Assembly: GCA_964566255.1 (NCBI GenBank) | Contig: CAZMID010000003.1 | Coordinates: forward strand, 5,145 to 69,144 | Origin: an uncultured Planctomycetia bacterium | GTDB taxonomy: Bacteria; Omnitrophota; Gorgyraeia; Gorgyraeales; Gorgyraeaceae | DNA: 64,000 nucleotides | Direction: 5' to 3' | Part shown: positions 30,482-40,676 of the stretch, one piece after another | Numbering within the stretch: the stretch's first letter is position 1 | Layout of the letters: each line of letters starts with the position of its first letter | Notes under the pieces: model-generated | What the model saw: the letters and a program-made list of their open reading frames with translations, nothing else | The model's database searches: none | Told to the model about the DNA's origin: nothing | Position numbers and translations under genes: made by a program

Positions 30482-32277
30482 TTTATTTTGCCTACATTAG
30501 CCAGCATAAAATTTTCACTATCCAAAAACAGTGCATATCCTGTTGCCTTGTTTAATTTTGCCATGGACTGGTAGAGGCTACCCATTAATTCAATATAGTA
30601 TGATTTTTCATCTGTCAAATTCATGTGCGCCTGCATAAGCTCTGAAAATGGAATCTCATTCAATTCTGAACGGGCCTTTGCAATCTTAAGCTCTTCTTCC
30701 CTGTATTTAATCTTATTCAAATTAGCATTTGCCTGAATAAATCCTTTCCTGTAATCCAGGTGGGCCTCTTTCACCTCTCTTAAAACATTATCTTCTGCCT
30801 CGCGTAATTCCTCCCTGGCCTTATCCAATGCTATCTGGCTGGATTTCTTCTCGGAAAAACTCTGCAGATTATCAAGAAAGTTAAATTCCACTGACTGGCT
30901 AGTAGATTCTGTCCTGGACGTTTGACCATGTTTTTCACTTGTCTCATCTTCTGTATAAACAGTAGAAAGTGTATTACCGCCTAAAGGCTTTGAAAACTTA
31001 ATTCCAAAATACCAGTCATTTTCCATAGTCAAATCTTCAGATTCATACGCCCCACCGGATTTGCCATAATTTCCTGTAAGATCCACCTTTAGCTGATCTT
31101 TAGAAAGTGCTATCTTACGGTTATACTCATTAAATTCCACCATATGTTTTTTTGCCTTAAGATCTGGTCTGTATCTAGAAGCTAAATCCATGCATTCTTC
31201 TAGTCCCACATCTATATATACCGGCTTTAAATCCGTCATATCTACATCTACTAAAGTATCTATTTCTTTTGAGTCTTCTACACCCATTGCCTGCTGTAAA
31301 ACCAACCTTGCCAAAGATAGATCATTTTCACTTGAGGCAACCTGATAATTAATCTGTTTCATCTGGGACTTTACCTGCAAAAATTCAGCCTTTGTACTTA
31401 ATTCAAGTTCAAACCTCTTCTTTGCAGTATCAAAAACAGTTCCTGTCTCTTTTAAAAGAGACCTTTGCAGCCCCACATTAATTGAACTGGCCATATATGA
31501 ATAAAAAGACATCTCCACCTCGAGCCTCAAATCCTGCAAAACCTTATCATAGTTCTCTGTCGAGGCCTTCATGTTGCTAACTGCCTGTTCAACCGCATAT
31601 TTAAGTCGCCATCCATAATAGAGCGGATATTCAAATTTGAGTTTATATTCCTTGTCTGTAAAATCCTGTATATTCGCAGTAGTTTTTCCTGTTGTCTCCA
31701 GATAACTAAAACTTGCTGCTGGGAAAAGGGCCCTCCTTGCCTCTCTTATTTTAAGCCTTGAGAGCGCTATCTCTTCCTTGGCTATCCTTGTAACTGTGCT
31801 ATTTTCCAATGCAAGGTCTACTGCATCGTTCAAACCTAGATCTCTAACATCCAGACTTTTCGGACTGGGTAACTTTGCGTGAAAAGTATCTTTAGTATCA
31901 AATATTATCGGGATATCTATCCAACGATCCTTTTCTCCAAGTGCTTCTGGAAAAGGTTGATACCTTTGATACATCCAGACTGCCTTTAAAGAGGCCTCGT
32001 CCAGTTCTGTAGAGTCCGAAGACTCAGAAACATAGGCATCCTTCAGCTCTCCCCAAGGAGAAAGTAAAATCTTTAACCTTAACTTCCCCTTTGAGTCATA
32101 TACTACAGACCTATCAGGCATAGGAGAAATAGAATCATATATCTCATTTGATAAATCTACGATATATTGTATTAGAGATTCGTTTTGGATGGCTGGTTGA
32201 TAAGAAAATACTTCTGTGGGCGATATAAATACAATTATTACAGCAAAAGATAATAATATAGCGCTTTTAATGTGCAT
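30478..32277 (-). CDS. TolC-family outer membrane channel with N-terminal TonB C-terminal domain
   Basis: SESSDSTELDEASLKAV..YQPFP TonB_C motif, then OEP repeats (LNDAVDLALEN, LEECMDLASRYRPDL, LNKATG); ATG 32277 has a GGAGAG SD. Confidence 0.85.
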   Translation of the reverse strand: MHIKSAILLSFAVIIVFISPTEVFSYQPAIQNESLIQYIVDLSNEIYDSISPMPDRSVVYDSKGKLRLKILLSPWGELKDAYVSESSDSTELDEASLKAVWMYQRYQPFPEALGEKDRWIDIPIIFDTKDTFHAKLPSPKSLDVRDLGLNDAVDLALENSTVTRIAKEEIALSRLKIREARRALFPAASFSYLETTGKTTANIQDFTDKEYKLKFEYPLYYGWRLKYAVEQAVSNMKASTENYDKVLQDLRLEVEMSFYSYMASSINVGLQRSLLKETGTVFDTAKKRFELELSTKAEFLQVKSQMKQINYQVASSENDLSLARLVLQQAMGVEDSKEIDTLVDVDMTDLKPVYIDVGLEECMDLASRYRPDLKAKKHMVEFNEYNRKIALSKDQLKVDLTGNYGKSGGAYESEDLTMENDWYFGIKFSKPLGGNTLSTVYTEDETSEKHGQTSRTESTSQSVEFNFLDNLQSFSEKKSSQIALDKAREELREAEDNVLREVKEAHLDYRKGFIQANANLNKIKYREEELKIAKARSELNEIPFSELMQAHMNLTDEKSYYIELMGSLYQSMAKLNKATGYALFLDSENFMLANVGKIK

Positions 32278-32297
32278 AACCTCTCCTGTGAAGGAGA

Positions 32298-32326
32298 AGT
32301 ATATCACACGATTACCCTTTTGTCAA
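32298..32326 (-). promoter_or_regulatory. consensus sigma70 promoter of the TolC-MFP-RND operon
   Basis: TTGACA (32326-32321), N17, TGn-TATACT (32303-32298). Confidence 0.75.
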
Positions 32327-32345
32327 TATAGGGTTATAAAAATAC

Positions 32346-32367
32346 TGATACAGTTTTGATACGGTTT
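32346..32367. repeat. 11-bp tandem direct repeat upstream of the -35
   Basis: TGATACAGTTT TGATACGGTTT. Confidence 0.6.
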
Positions 32368-33604
32368 AAAGATTTATAAAAATATCCCTTATAACAACAC
32401 TAGCTGCGCCTAATGCAACAGCATCACGGCCAAGATGTGCAGGTATTATCTTTACAACATTAGCAGGCTCCTCAAAGGCCCACTTTCTTACTGTCCTTCT
32501 TAATGGCTCTAAGAATAAACTGCCGGATTTTTCAATGCCGCCACCTATTATAACTATCTCAGGGTTAAATAAATTAACCAGATAAGCAACCCTTACACCT
32601 AAGTTGACAGCTGCATCTTCCAAAAGCTCTATTGAAAGGGTATCGCCTGATTTTGCCGCATCTATTATACTCTCTACTGTAAGGTCGTCTAATTTCTTTC
32701 CTGCAATATCTGATATACTGGACTTTATACCTTCTTCTTTTATTAGTTTCCTTGCCTGGGCTAACAATCCTAAGTCCAAACCTAAAGGCAGTAAAAACGA
32801 AAGGTTCTTTGAAAGCTTCAGATACTCTCCGTTCCTGGGATAGTTTATACGAATCTCTCCTGCTGAACCACTGGTGCCGCAATACATCCCGCCTTTTATA
32901 ATAATCCCGCTTCCTACATCAGAATACATATAAATAACATCCTGCGAATCCATAGGAAGTGCATGCATCTTCTCGCCAAAGGCCGCAAATGTAGCGTCAT
33001 TTCCAAGAAAAGAATGTATCCCAAATCTTTCTTCAATAAGTCCCTTCAAGGAAACATAGCTTGTACGCATACCAGTTCTTGTAGAATCCCTTACCGTACC
33101 AAGGTTTTCATCTATAACCCCGCCAAGGCCTATACCAACACCTTTAAGTTTATCCTTACTAACACCTTTTTTCTTTATCAATTCATCTATCAATTCAAGC
33201 GATTTATCTATAATCTTATCCATGCTTCCTTTTTCTCTTTTCTTTTCAATCCTTGCTATTGTCTTACCTGAAAGATCTGTAACCAATCCTATCATAGTAG
33301 CGCCTTCTGCGCCCATATGGCCAAGGTCAAGTCCTATAGCATAACCATTCTGCTCGTTGAGCTTAATAAGGGTTGGCTTCCTTCCGCCAGAGGAGGATTC
33401 CATTCCACCTTCAATAATAAGTCCTGCATCAATATAGGTATTTATATAATTTGACACTGTTACTATATTAAGGTCTGTTATCTTTGAAATATCTGCCCTT
33501 GTAATAGGGCCATTTCTGCGGATGAGCTCTAATATGGAAAAATTTTTCTTCTCATGATCTGAAAGTAAATGCCCCTGAAAAACCTGGTTTCTCCTGATAG
33601 GCAT
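32366..33604 (-). CDS. ROK family transcriptional regulator (NagC/XylR-like)
   Basis: HTH ITRADIS..TVSNY, SSGGRKP, NDATFAAFGE, GSAGEI, NLFNPEIVIIGG. Confidence 0.93.
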   Translation of the reverse strand: MPIRRNQVFQGHLLSDHEKKNFSILELIRRNGPITRADISKITDLNIVTVSNYINTYIDAGLIIEGGMESSSGGRKPTLIKLNEQNGYAIGLDLGHMGAEGATMIGLVTDLSGKTIARIEKKREKGSMDKIIDKSLELIDELIKKKGVSKDKLKGVGIGLGGVIDENLGTVRDSTRTGMRTSYVSLKGLIEERFGIHSFLGNDATFAAFGEKMHALPMDSQDVIYMYSDVGSGIIIKGGMYCGTSGSAGEIRINYPRNGEYLKLSKNLSFLLPLGLDLGLLAQARKLIKEEGIKSSISDIAGKKLDDLTVESIIDAAKSGDTLSIELLEDAAVNLGVRVAYLVNLFNPEIVIIGGGIEKSGSLFLEPLRRTVRKWAFEEPANVVKIIPAHLGRDAVALGAASVVIRDIFINL

Positions 33605-33621
33605 AACCTACCTCCTTTGGG

Positions 33622-36324
33622 TTAAAACACCCCTTTATAATAAATACGTAATATATGTTGGGTGTCAAGCGTTGGGTAAAAATCTCCATAAGGGCTGGCA
33701 GCGGCACCCCACACTGGGGAGACAACACTACCCTCACCAAACTGTATTGTTAAGAGCCCATGTTCAGTAACACTATAATTAAGCTCTAAAAATATATTAT
33801 GATGATTCTGATATTTTAAATCGCCGCTTGTATTCAGACGATATAGATTGTATGCCTTTGAGAATGTATATTTCAAGAATCCTGTAAGTTTGGGAGTAAA
33901 GCCATATCTAAAGGTCGTGCTAAAATGATTTATATTATCATCTATACCTGATGCAAACTTAAAGTCATTCTTTGTATAGTCTAAATCTATTCCTAATTTT
34001 TTAGATGGCTTTAAAGAAATACCCATTCTATATATATTAAAACGATCGTATGGCGGTAAATCAAAAAAGTCCTGATCGTATAAATATCTATCCTTCTTTG
34101 TATAGGTATCCCCTTCTATTGTCTCAGTAGTAAAACCATAATCATTCAAAAGAGATCTAGGATTGTCTCCTGTAGCAAAAGTAGAATCATTTGTATTTTC
34201 ATATATACCAAAAACACTTATCCAGTCATCTGGTGTATATTCAAGACCAACTGAATATGTAGATAAGGATGGATCCTTTCCTTCTTCAATCTTAGAATTT
34301 CTGAGATATTCTCCTGTATCAGGATCATAGTAGATAGGATCTACACCTCCTTTTGTTTCAGGAAGGCCATGGTATATAAATAAAAGTTTAGATGTCCAGT
34401 CAGGATTTATCCTAAAGGTATTTTCTTCTCTAAAGACTCCTTCTACATACTTATGATCTGAATCCCTTACAAGCCTATAATCTATTAAATTATCCATCTT
34501 GTTATTAACAGCATCTTTTGTATCAAATCTAAAGTTAATTACCTTTCTTCCTGTATCTATACCATCACCTATCCTGAAAGGCTCAACATCTTCATATTGA
34601 AGATCAGTTGAACCTTCAAGTGCTTTTCTAAAATGTATGTGCCTGCCCCAAAACTGATCTTTTCTTGTCTCTCTATAATTTGAAAGCCCTGGGTCAAATG
34701 ATTCATCCATATGCGTAAGCGCAACTTTTAGATTATTTACACCCATCTGCTTCTTAAAAACAAGATGGGCAGCTGAACCATTCTTTTCTGTTTTATAAGA
34801 ACTGGACCTATCATCTTCACTTTTACTAATAGCTACTTCAGCAGCTACATTAGTCATAGGACCTAAATCAAGGCTGGCATCAACACCAAATACATTATTA
34901 TACGAATCGACTTTATCATTATCTCGACCTACTCTAAATGTATCTACTAAACCTACTGTCAATCCATCATTTATTTCTGTCTTTGCCCTTATTGCACCAG
35001 GGATAACATTGATATCTTCATAGTCTTGCCATAATCCTTTAGGGCTAGCTACAGTCATAGAAAGATCAGTACTGCCAAATTTCCCTTGAAAAGAAGCGCC
35101 TCTTAATGCAGTAAGCCTTTTTAAGTCACTATCTCTTGTAAAAAAAGACAATGTATCTGACCACTCGCCTCTCCAAAAACCAGCATTGCTCCCTTCTGTA
35201 TTTAAGTGTCCTGGCACCCAATCATCAAGCCAAGGACTAGGTTCCCAGTAAATATGATGATTTGAAAGCCCTAATGGATCATCTGAAGAAAGGGCTTGAT
35301 CTTCTAAGGCAAATGGAAATACTTTTAATTTATAATCCTCTTTGTTTAAATCAAACCATAACTCCCTTATTGGCTGGAATGCAAAATCTATGTCTTTTTC
35401 AGGCATTGAAAAAGTATCTGGTCTCCATTCGTATGTCCTACTATCAAATGCAAATGGTGCTATCTTACCATCAGTAACCTTATATTCCAGGGCATTAACA
35501 CCATTACCCTTATCCATGGTATAAAAGGTTTCATTAATGGTCCCTCTTGTCCCTGACCAATATTTTAGCTCCAACTCAACTCTGTCTCCGTCATCACCAT
35601 CAACTGTAAACTTATCAGTCTTTCCGACAAAGCTCCATGGGTCCACAGTAATATCTGAATGAAAGTTCAAACCATCTGCATCTTTATTTGTATCAAAAGC
35701 TAGTCTAAGCCTATCATATACCCTTGTATCAAACGTATTTGTCTTGGGAAAATTATGATCTACCATCCTGAAATTACGCTCATTATAATCTCCATGGGCC
35801 TTTTTCCAGATAAGATCTTCACTCGTTACACCAAGGGCCACTTTATATTCTCCGTGTATCTGGGAAGGGGATATTCTGTGGTTAAGCCTATCGCTTGCAG
35901 ATTTTATTTTATCTTCAGGATAATCTAATGATTCTGGATCTACTTCAGACTCAAAGGGTTGGTATTCACTATAGGTTATTTTTTCCGGTTCTATCTCAGG
36001 TGTATAAACTACCTCTTCTTGATAAATACTAGCCCTATCTTCTTCACGCATCTTAAATTCTGCTCTAATCAAATCCAGATAACCCTGAGCCTCTCTATTA
36101 TCAGGATCAAGTTCAATCGCCTTTTCTAAAACCTCGATTGCATCTTCTAATCTTCCAACATGGTAATACTTTATAGCCTTACTGCAGAGTCCAAAACTCT
36201 CAGCAATATCCTCATTAATCTTCTCTTCTTCAGCATGACAAGTAAAGACACCATAACTACACGAAAGTACTAGACTAGCTATTGCGATTATCTTCGTTAG
36301 ATAAAATCTTGGTGTTTTACTCAC
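33622..36324 (-). CDS. TPR plus large outer-membrane beta-barrel protein
   Basis: signal peptide; TPR AIEVLEKAIELDPDN; amphipathic beta strands; terminal IYYKGVF. Confidence 0.65.
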   Translation of the reverse strand: MSKTPRFYLTKIIAIASLVLSCSYGVFTCHAEEEKINEDIAESFGLCSKAIKYYHVGRLEDAIEVLEKAIELDPDNREAQGYLDLIRAEFKMREEDRASIYQEEVVYTPEIEPEKITYSEYQPFESEVDPESLDYPEDKIKSASDRLNHRISPSQIHGEYKVALGVTSEDLIWKKAHGDYNERNFRMVDHNFPKTNTFDTRVYDRLRLAFDTNKDADGLNFHSDITVDPWSFVGKTDKFTVDGDDGDRVELELKYWSGTRGTINETFYTMDKGNGVNALEYKVTDGKIAPFAFDSRTYEWRPDTFSMPEKDIDFAFQPIRELWFDLNKEDYKLKVFPFALEDQALSSDDPLGLSNHHIYWEPSPWLDDWVPGHLNTEGSNAGFWRGEWSDTLSFFTRDSDLKRLTALRGASFQGKFGSTDLSMTVASPKGLWQDYEDINVIPGAIRAKTEINDGLTVGLVDTFRVGRDNDKVDSYNNVFGVDASLDLGPMTNVAAEVAISKSEDDRSSSYKTEKNGSAAHLVFKKQMGVNNLKVALTHMDESFDPGLSNYRETRKDQFWGRHIHFRKALEGSTDLQYEDVEPFRIGDGIDTGRKVINFRFDTKDAVNNKMDNLIDYRLVRDSDHKYVEGVFREENTFRINPDWTSKLLFIYHGLPETKGGVDPIYYDPDTGEYLRNSKIEEGKDPSLSTYSVGLEYTPDDWISVFGIYENTNDSTFATGDNPRSLLNDYGFTTETIEGDTYTKKDRYLYDQDFFDLPPYDRFNIYRMGISLKPSKKLGIDLDYTKNDFKFASGIDDNINHFSTTFRYGFTPKLTGFLKYTFSKAYNLYRLNTSGDLKYQNHHNIFLELNYSVTEHGLLTIQFGEGSVVSPVWGAAASPYGDFYPTLDTQHILRIYYKGVF

Positions 36325-36325
36325 T

Positions 36326-37543
36326 CTATTTCCTCCAGAGCTTTTTTAATATAAAATATGCCTTTTTAGGCTTACGCTCATCAAGTCCGGTTTCCTGCTT
36401 ATTCAATGAACATACTCCCCACCATTCTTCATTTATATTAAGATTCTGAGGTGCCTTTATATCAAAATAATATGCCCCATTAGACCAGCTTGCAAGCGTA
36501 TCATGGATATACCATCCAGATTTACTATCTTCATTAAACTTCCACCATTCGTCTGTCCACTCAAATACAAAACCGCCTAAAGAGTTTCCAACGCCAGAAC
36601 CCATAAAAGTATTCTTATTTATTTCCTTCCATTCAGCCTCAATAAATTCTGCCTGCATAGCTTCATCTTCCTCATTCAGAAAGGCATTATACCTATCGCA
36701 TCCGAATTCAGTTATAACTACAGGTCTTCTGAATTTTCTTGATATCTCGCGAAAAAAGCTTCCAAAGGCCTTACCTCTATATATAGAACATCCAAGAACA
36801 TCAATATCTGGTGTAACAGGACCTGCTATATCTATATCAGTAACCTCTGCATTCGCCAATACAACAGGATGATTTGGGTCTATTTTATGGATCTCTTTTG
36901 CAACTTCATTTACAAAAGAATAATAGATCTTTGCCCTGGCCTGTCTTTTTGAATAAGGGTCTCCAAGGGCTTCTATCTCAGGAGTTGTCCATAGATTCAA
37001 TGTCTGAGGACCATAAGAAAAAGAAACATTATTTTCATTTCCAAGTATCCAGAATAAAATCCCTTTTTCATCTTTATAGGTCCGGACCATCTCCAGGACA
37101 TCTTCTTTTACATTTTCACAAAAATATGGATCTGCGTAATTTGGATTATCCCAAAAACCAAGCCAGTGACCCATGGCAGTCCGAATTTTAAACTTATTAT
37201 AAAGATATTTTATCGCCTCTTTGGTCTTTAAAGTGCTTTCTCCAGGCTGATAGACCCTTATCGTGTTTACACCTATAGCCTTCATTAGGCGACCGTCATA
37301 AATATAGGGCTTAAGAGGATCACCCCAAAAATCGTATGTATGATTCTTGCCTACAGGTACAGGGTTATAAACCATACCCTTTACTATATAGGGCCTATTA
37401 TTAACTATCAGCTGAAAACGCTTACCTTTTAATGTTTTTATATAAGAACGTTTCATTCCGACATTGTTCAGAATGAAAAATCCAACTAACAGTATTAAGA
37501 TAGTACAGGACACTCCTATAAGTATCTTTTTTGACACCTTCAT
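36326..37543 (-). CDS. clan GH-A TIM-barrel glycoside hydrolase/transglycosylase (GH2-TIM/GH72-like)
   Basis: GVNTIRVY, WILGNE (acid/base), ITEFGC (nucleophile), FEWTDEWWK; N-terminal anchor. Confidence 0.82.
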   Translation of the reverse strand: MKVSKKILIGVSCTILILLVGFFILNNVGMKRSYIKTLKGKRFQLIVNNRPYIVKGMVYNPVPVGKNHTYDFWGDPLKPYIYDGRLMKAIGVNTIRVYQPGESTLKTKEAIKYLYNKFKIRTAMGHWLGFWDNPNYADPYFCENVKEDVLEMVRTYKDEKGILFWILGNENNVSFSYGPQTLNLWTTPEIEALGDPYSKRQARAKIYYSFVNEVAKEIHKIDPNHPVVLANAEVTDIDIAGPVTPDIDVLGCSIYRGKAFGSFFREISRKFRRPVVITEFGCDRYNAFLNEEDEAMQAEFIEAEWKEINKNTFMGSGVGNSLGGFVFEWTDEWWKFNEDSKSGWYIHDTLASWSNGAYYFDIKAPQNLNINEEWWGVCSLNKQETGLDERKPKKAYFILKKLWRK

Positions 37544-37560
37544 ATTTTTCCTTTTCTAAG

Positions 37561-38268
37561 TTATTCGTATCTTATATCGTCAAGATAAAAAGTAACGCCT
37601 TCTGGATTTACATCCAGATTAGTACCCCAGCAAAATCCCCCGCTTATATAAGTAAGGTCTTTGCCTCTTAAATCTATTTCGTATTTCTGCCATTCATTAG
37701 TTAACTCCACAGGTCCTATTCCTGCTATATCTGAATCAGAATATATCCCAGTGACGCCTCCGATCTTAAATTCCTCGATCCTTTCACTGCCTTTTTCTCC
37801 TTTTGCCCAAAATGTAACTTTTGTGGCCCCTGTAAGATCATAGCCACCCTGCCTATCACCCCAATTATTAGCTGGGTTCTGCCAGTATACTCCGCCCCAC
37901 CTTGCACCCTGACTAGCAACATTAGAATAAACTACCTTTATACAGGTAGTGCCAGAATAAGGATTCTCAAAAGAAGATGCATTCAAACTTATGTCAGAAT
38001 GATCTCCCATATATCCTGATGGAGTATAATGATTATCAGGAGATCTGCCATCAGTATAAACAGGAAACGGTTTAAATCCGCCAGTAATAACATCTCCTTC
38101 TTTCTCTGTATCTTCCTCTTCAAAGATATCATATACGCTTTCGTCATACTCGTAGGTATAATCATTCTGCGCATATTGTTGCCTATCGTTAGAACCTCCG
38201 CAGCTTGCTATGCTGAAAAGCAACAGCCCTACTATCACAAGCAATGTCAAACTTAGACTTTTCTTCAT
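37561..38268 (-). CDS. lipoprotein with carbohydrate-binding (CBM11/galactose-binding-like) domain
   Basis: lipobox IASC; WGGVYW, YDLTGATKVTFWAKG, LTNEWQKYEIDL, FYLDDIRYE. Confidence 0.78.
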   Translation of the reverse strand: MKKSLSLTLLVIVGLLLFSIASCGGSNDRQQYAQNDYTYEYDESVYDIFEEEDTEKEGDVITGGFKPFPVYTDGRSPDNHYTPSGYMGDHSDISLNASSFENPYSGTTCIKVVYSNVASQGARWGGVYWQNPANNWGDRQGGYDLTGATKVTFWAKGEKGSERIEEFKIGGVTGIYSDSDIAGIGPVELTNEWQKYEIDLRGKDLTYISGGFCWGTNLDVNPEGVTFYLDDIRYE

Positions 38269-38372
38269 CCTTCTACCTCCTTTTTATTGTTCGAGTAAAC
38301 ATCTTATCTGCACATTTTGTGAATCAAAATCTAGTGTTTTAGGATTCTTGTCCTATGTGTTACACCTCCTTT

Positions 38373-40676
38373 CTATTCTTCCCACATCTCTCGATAAATA
38401 AAATATGCCTTTTTAAGCTGTCTCAAAAAAGGACTATTCTCTCCATTCCCCTGACCGACTATTCCAAGCCACTCCTCATAATTCCATCCATCTGGAAACG
38501 GACCTGACCAGTTCTTTGTTGCATCATGCACGAATGGCTCATACGCCTTCCACCACTCATCTATCCATTCAAATAAGACTGAGCCTATTGAATTCCCTAT
38601 TCCACCATGGCGCGCTGAATTATACACAACGTCTTCCCAGTTTCCTTTTAGATATTCAGCCTGTTTATCTTCTGCAAATTTTCTTGATCTACCATCCATA
38701 TAGTTAGGACATCCGTACTCTGTAATGATAACAGGCTTATCGCAGATCTTTTTCACGTTGTCCCAGAAGGACCTACCAAAACCATATTTCCCTCTATATG
38801 CATTTGCACCGTATATATCTACATCCTTACAATATTCACCGAATGTATCTAAATAAAATAAATCGCCGTTACATAAAGACACTGGATGGTCTCTATCTAT
38901 GGACTTTACCATCTTTGCGACCTCATTTACGAACTTATAATACGAACTAGGATTCTTCTTTGCATTATTCGCAACACCATAGTTATTTTCATTTCCGAGC
39001 ATCCAGAATAATATATATGGTTCATCTTTAAATTCCTCGACCATCTTTTTTACGCTATCCATCATGTTTTTTCTATGTATAGGATTCTCATAGTCTGTAC
39101 CTTCGTACCAGCTTGCCCCAGACCCTACAGTATAGGCACCCAATAAATCTCCCATAATCACCATAATCCCATACCTATTATATAGGTCTCTGAGGAGTTC
39201 TTTATTTGATGCGTGATGATAGATTCTGATAGTATTACAATGCATCTGTTTTAACAATTCAAAATCGCCTATAGCAATCTCGTCTGGATCTTGTAGATTA
39301 TTAAAATTTTTATCAACCCAGCTGTCATAAGGGGCATCTATCTTTCCATTATTATTATAATCTGCCTGCATCCAATCATCTAAGGTGCCCTCATCAGGGC
39401 TCTGGCCAACTCTATTTGGTGCATAGGCAACGCCTTTTATCATATAAGGTCTACCTTCTACTCTTAACTGCCAATGGCCGTTTTTGTATTTTACAAGATC
39501 TACTTTTCCATCTCCTATTTGCTCTACTACTCTACCTGTCTTTATAACTCCCTTTTTAAATAAAGTCCTTTTTATGTTATCAAAAAAAACCACATTTATT
39601 AATTTTCCTGGATTTATAAAAAATTTATCATTTCTGATATCATTATCAAAACCGTTTTCAACAAATATATTGGCCCCGCGTAACTCCATTTCCAGATCAG
39701 GATTTTTCCTCAACAAATACTCTATTCTATCAATAGAAACTTGTGCAATATACCATGGCGTATGAAAATAAGTCCAGCCAACTGTCTTAGGAAAGTGCAC
39801 CACTATAGCATAATATGCCTTTATTGCATGCTTTAATAGGCCTGATCTCTCAAGGGCCAAGGCAGTGTAAAATAATCTTACTCCCATTGGTTCTGGCGCC
39901 TGTGTCCACTTATAAAAATTTGCCTCCAGGTCATCTGTATTTACAAAATCCCAGTGATTTCCTATTAGCCTTCCTTCTTTTTTAACTATCTGATAACGTG
40001 GATCCCATCTGGCCCCGGTCGTATTTGGATAAATACCCTCTCCAATTGCCTCAGCCAGACCTTCCGGATCCTCTACTACGTATTTATAATCATTAGTGTC
40101 AACATCTTTAAAATATCCATATTTTTTATAATCTACGATATCTTCTTTACCTGGATTATAAAGTGTAATTTTTGTCTTTAATCTTTTCATCTTTGGACCA
40201 TTTTTTCTTAAGTCTCTTTTCTCTTCTTCGAGTTTTTTAAGTGTTGCATGGCTCTTTTCTTTTACGCTCCAGAACCATCCACGTGGATCCCAATTTTGAG
40301 AATAGCTATAATCTTTTATAACCTTAAGAAAGCTCTCTTTTGCTTCTTTTATTCTCCCCTGAGAAAGATATGCCTCCCCTTGTATAAAAAAGCTTGTTCC
40401 AACAGCATTGAGTGCCTCATACTGATCCATTACCTCTGTAGAAGGCAAGGCACGTAAAAAAGATTGTTCTTTCTTTGCCTTTTCAGAATATAACTCTATA
40501 CACTTACCTGTATAATAAAAAGTCTTTTCATAATCTTTCGCACTCCATGATTCCCATGCCCGCACTATAAATTCCTTAGGAGAAAGTATCTCCTCTGAAG
40601 ATGCTGTAGTATCCAACACCCAAAGACCCAACAATAAAAGACAAATAATTGTAAAAGTAATTTTCTTATTTTTCAT
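38373..40676 (-). CDS. TPR plus clan GH-A glycoside hydrolase
   Basis: signal peptide; TPR region; CNTIRIY, WMLGNE, ITEYGC, FEWIDEWWK; paralog of 36326-37543. Confidence 0.82.
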   Translation of the reverse strand: MKNKKITFTIICLLLLGLWVLDTTASSEEILSPKEFIVRAWESWSAKDYEKTFYYTGKCIELYSEKAKKEQSFLRALPSTEVMDQYEALNAVGTSFFIQGEAYLSQGRIKEAKESFLKVIKDYSYSQNWDPRGWFWSVKEKSHATLKKLEEEKRDLRKNGPKMKRLKTKITLYNPGKEDIVDYKKYGYFKDVDTNDYKYVVEDPEGLAEAIGEGIYPNTTGARWDPRYQIVKKEGRLIGNHWDFVNTDDLEANFYKWTQAPEPMGVRLFYTALALERSGLLKHAIKAYYAIVVHFPKTVGWTYFHTPWYIAQVSIDRIEYLLRKNPDLEMELRGANIFVENGFDNDIRNDKFFINPGKLINVVFFDNIKRTLFKKGVIKTGRVVEQIGDGKVDLVKYKNGHWQLRVEGRPYMIKGVAYAPNRVGQSPDEGTLDDWMQADYNNNGKIDAPYDSWVDKNFNNLQDPDEIAIGDFELLKQMHCNTIRIYHHASNKELLRDLYNRYGIMVIMGDLLGAYTVGSGASWYEGTDYENPIHRKNMMDSVKKMVEEFKDEPYILFWMLGNENNYGVANNAKKNPSSYYKFVNEVAKMVKSIDRDHPVSLCNGDLFYLDTFGEYCKDVDIYGANAYRGKYGFGRSFWDNVKKICDKPVIITEYGCPNYMDGRSRKFAEDKQAEYLKGNWEDVVYNSARHGGIGNSIGSVLFEWIDEWWKAYEPFVHDATKNWSGPFPDGWNYEEWLGIVGQGNGENSPFLRQLKKAYFIYREMWEE

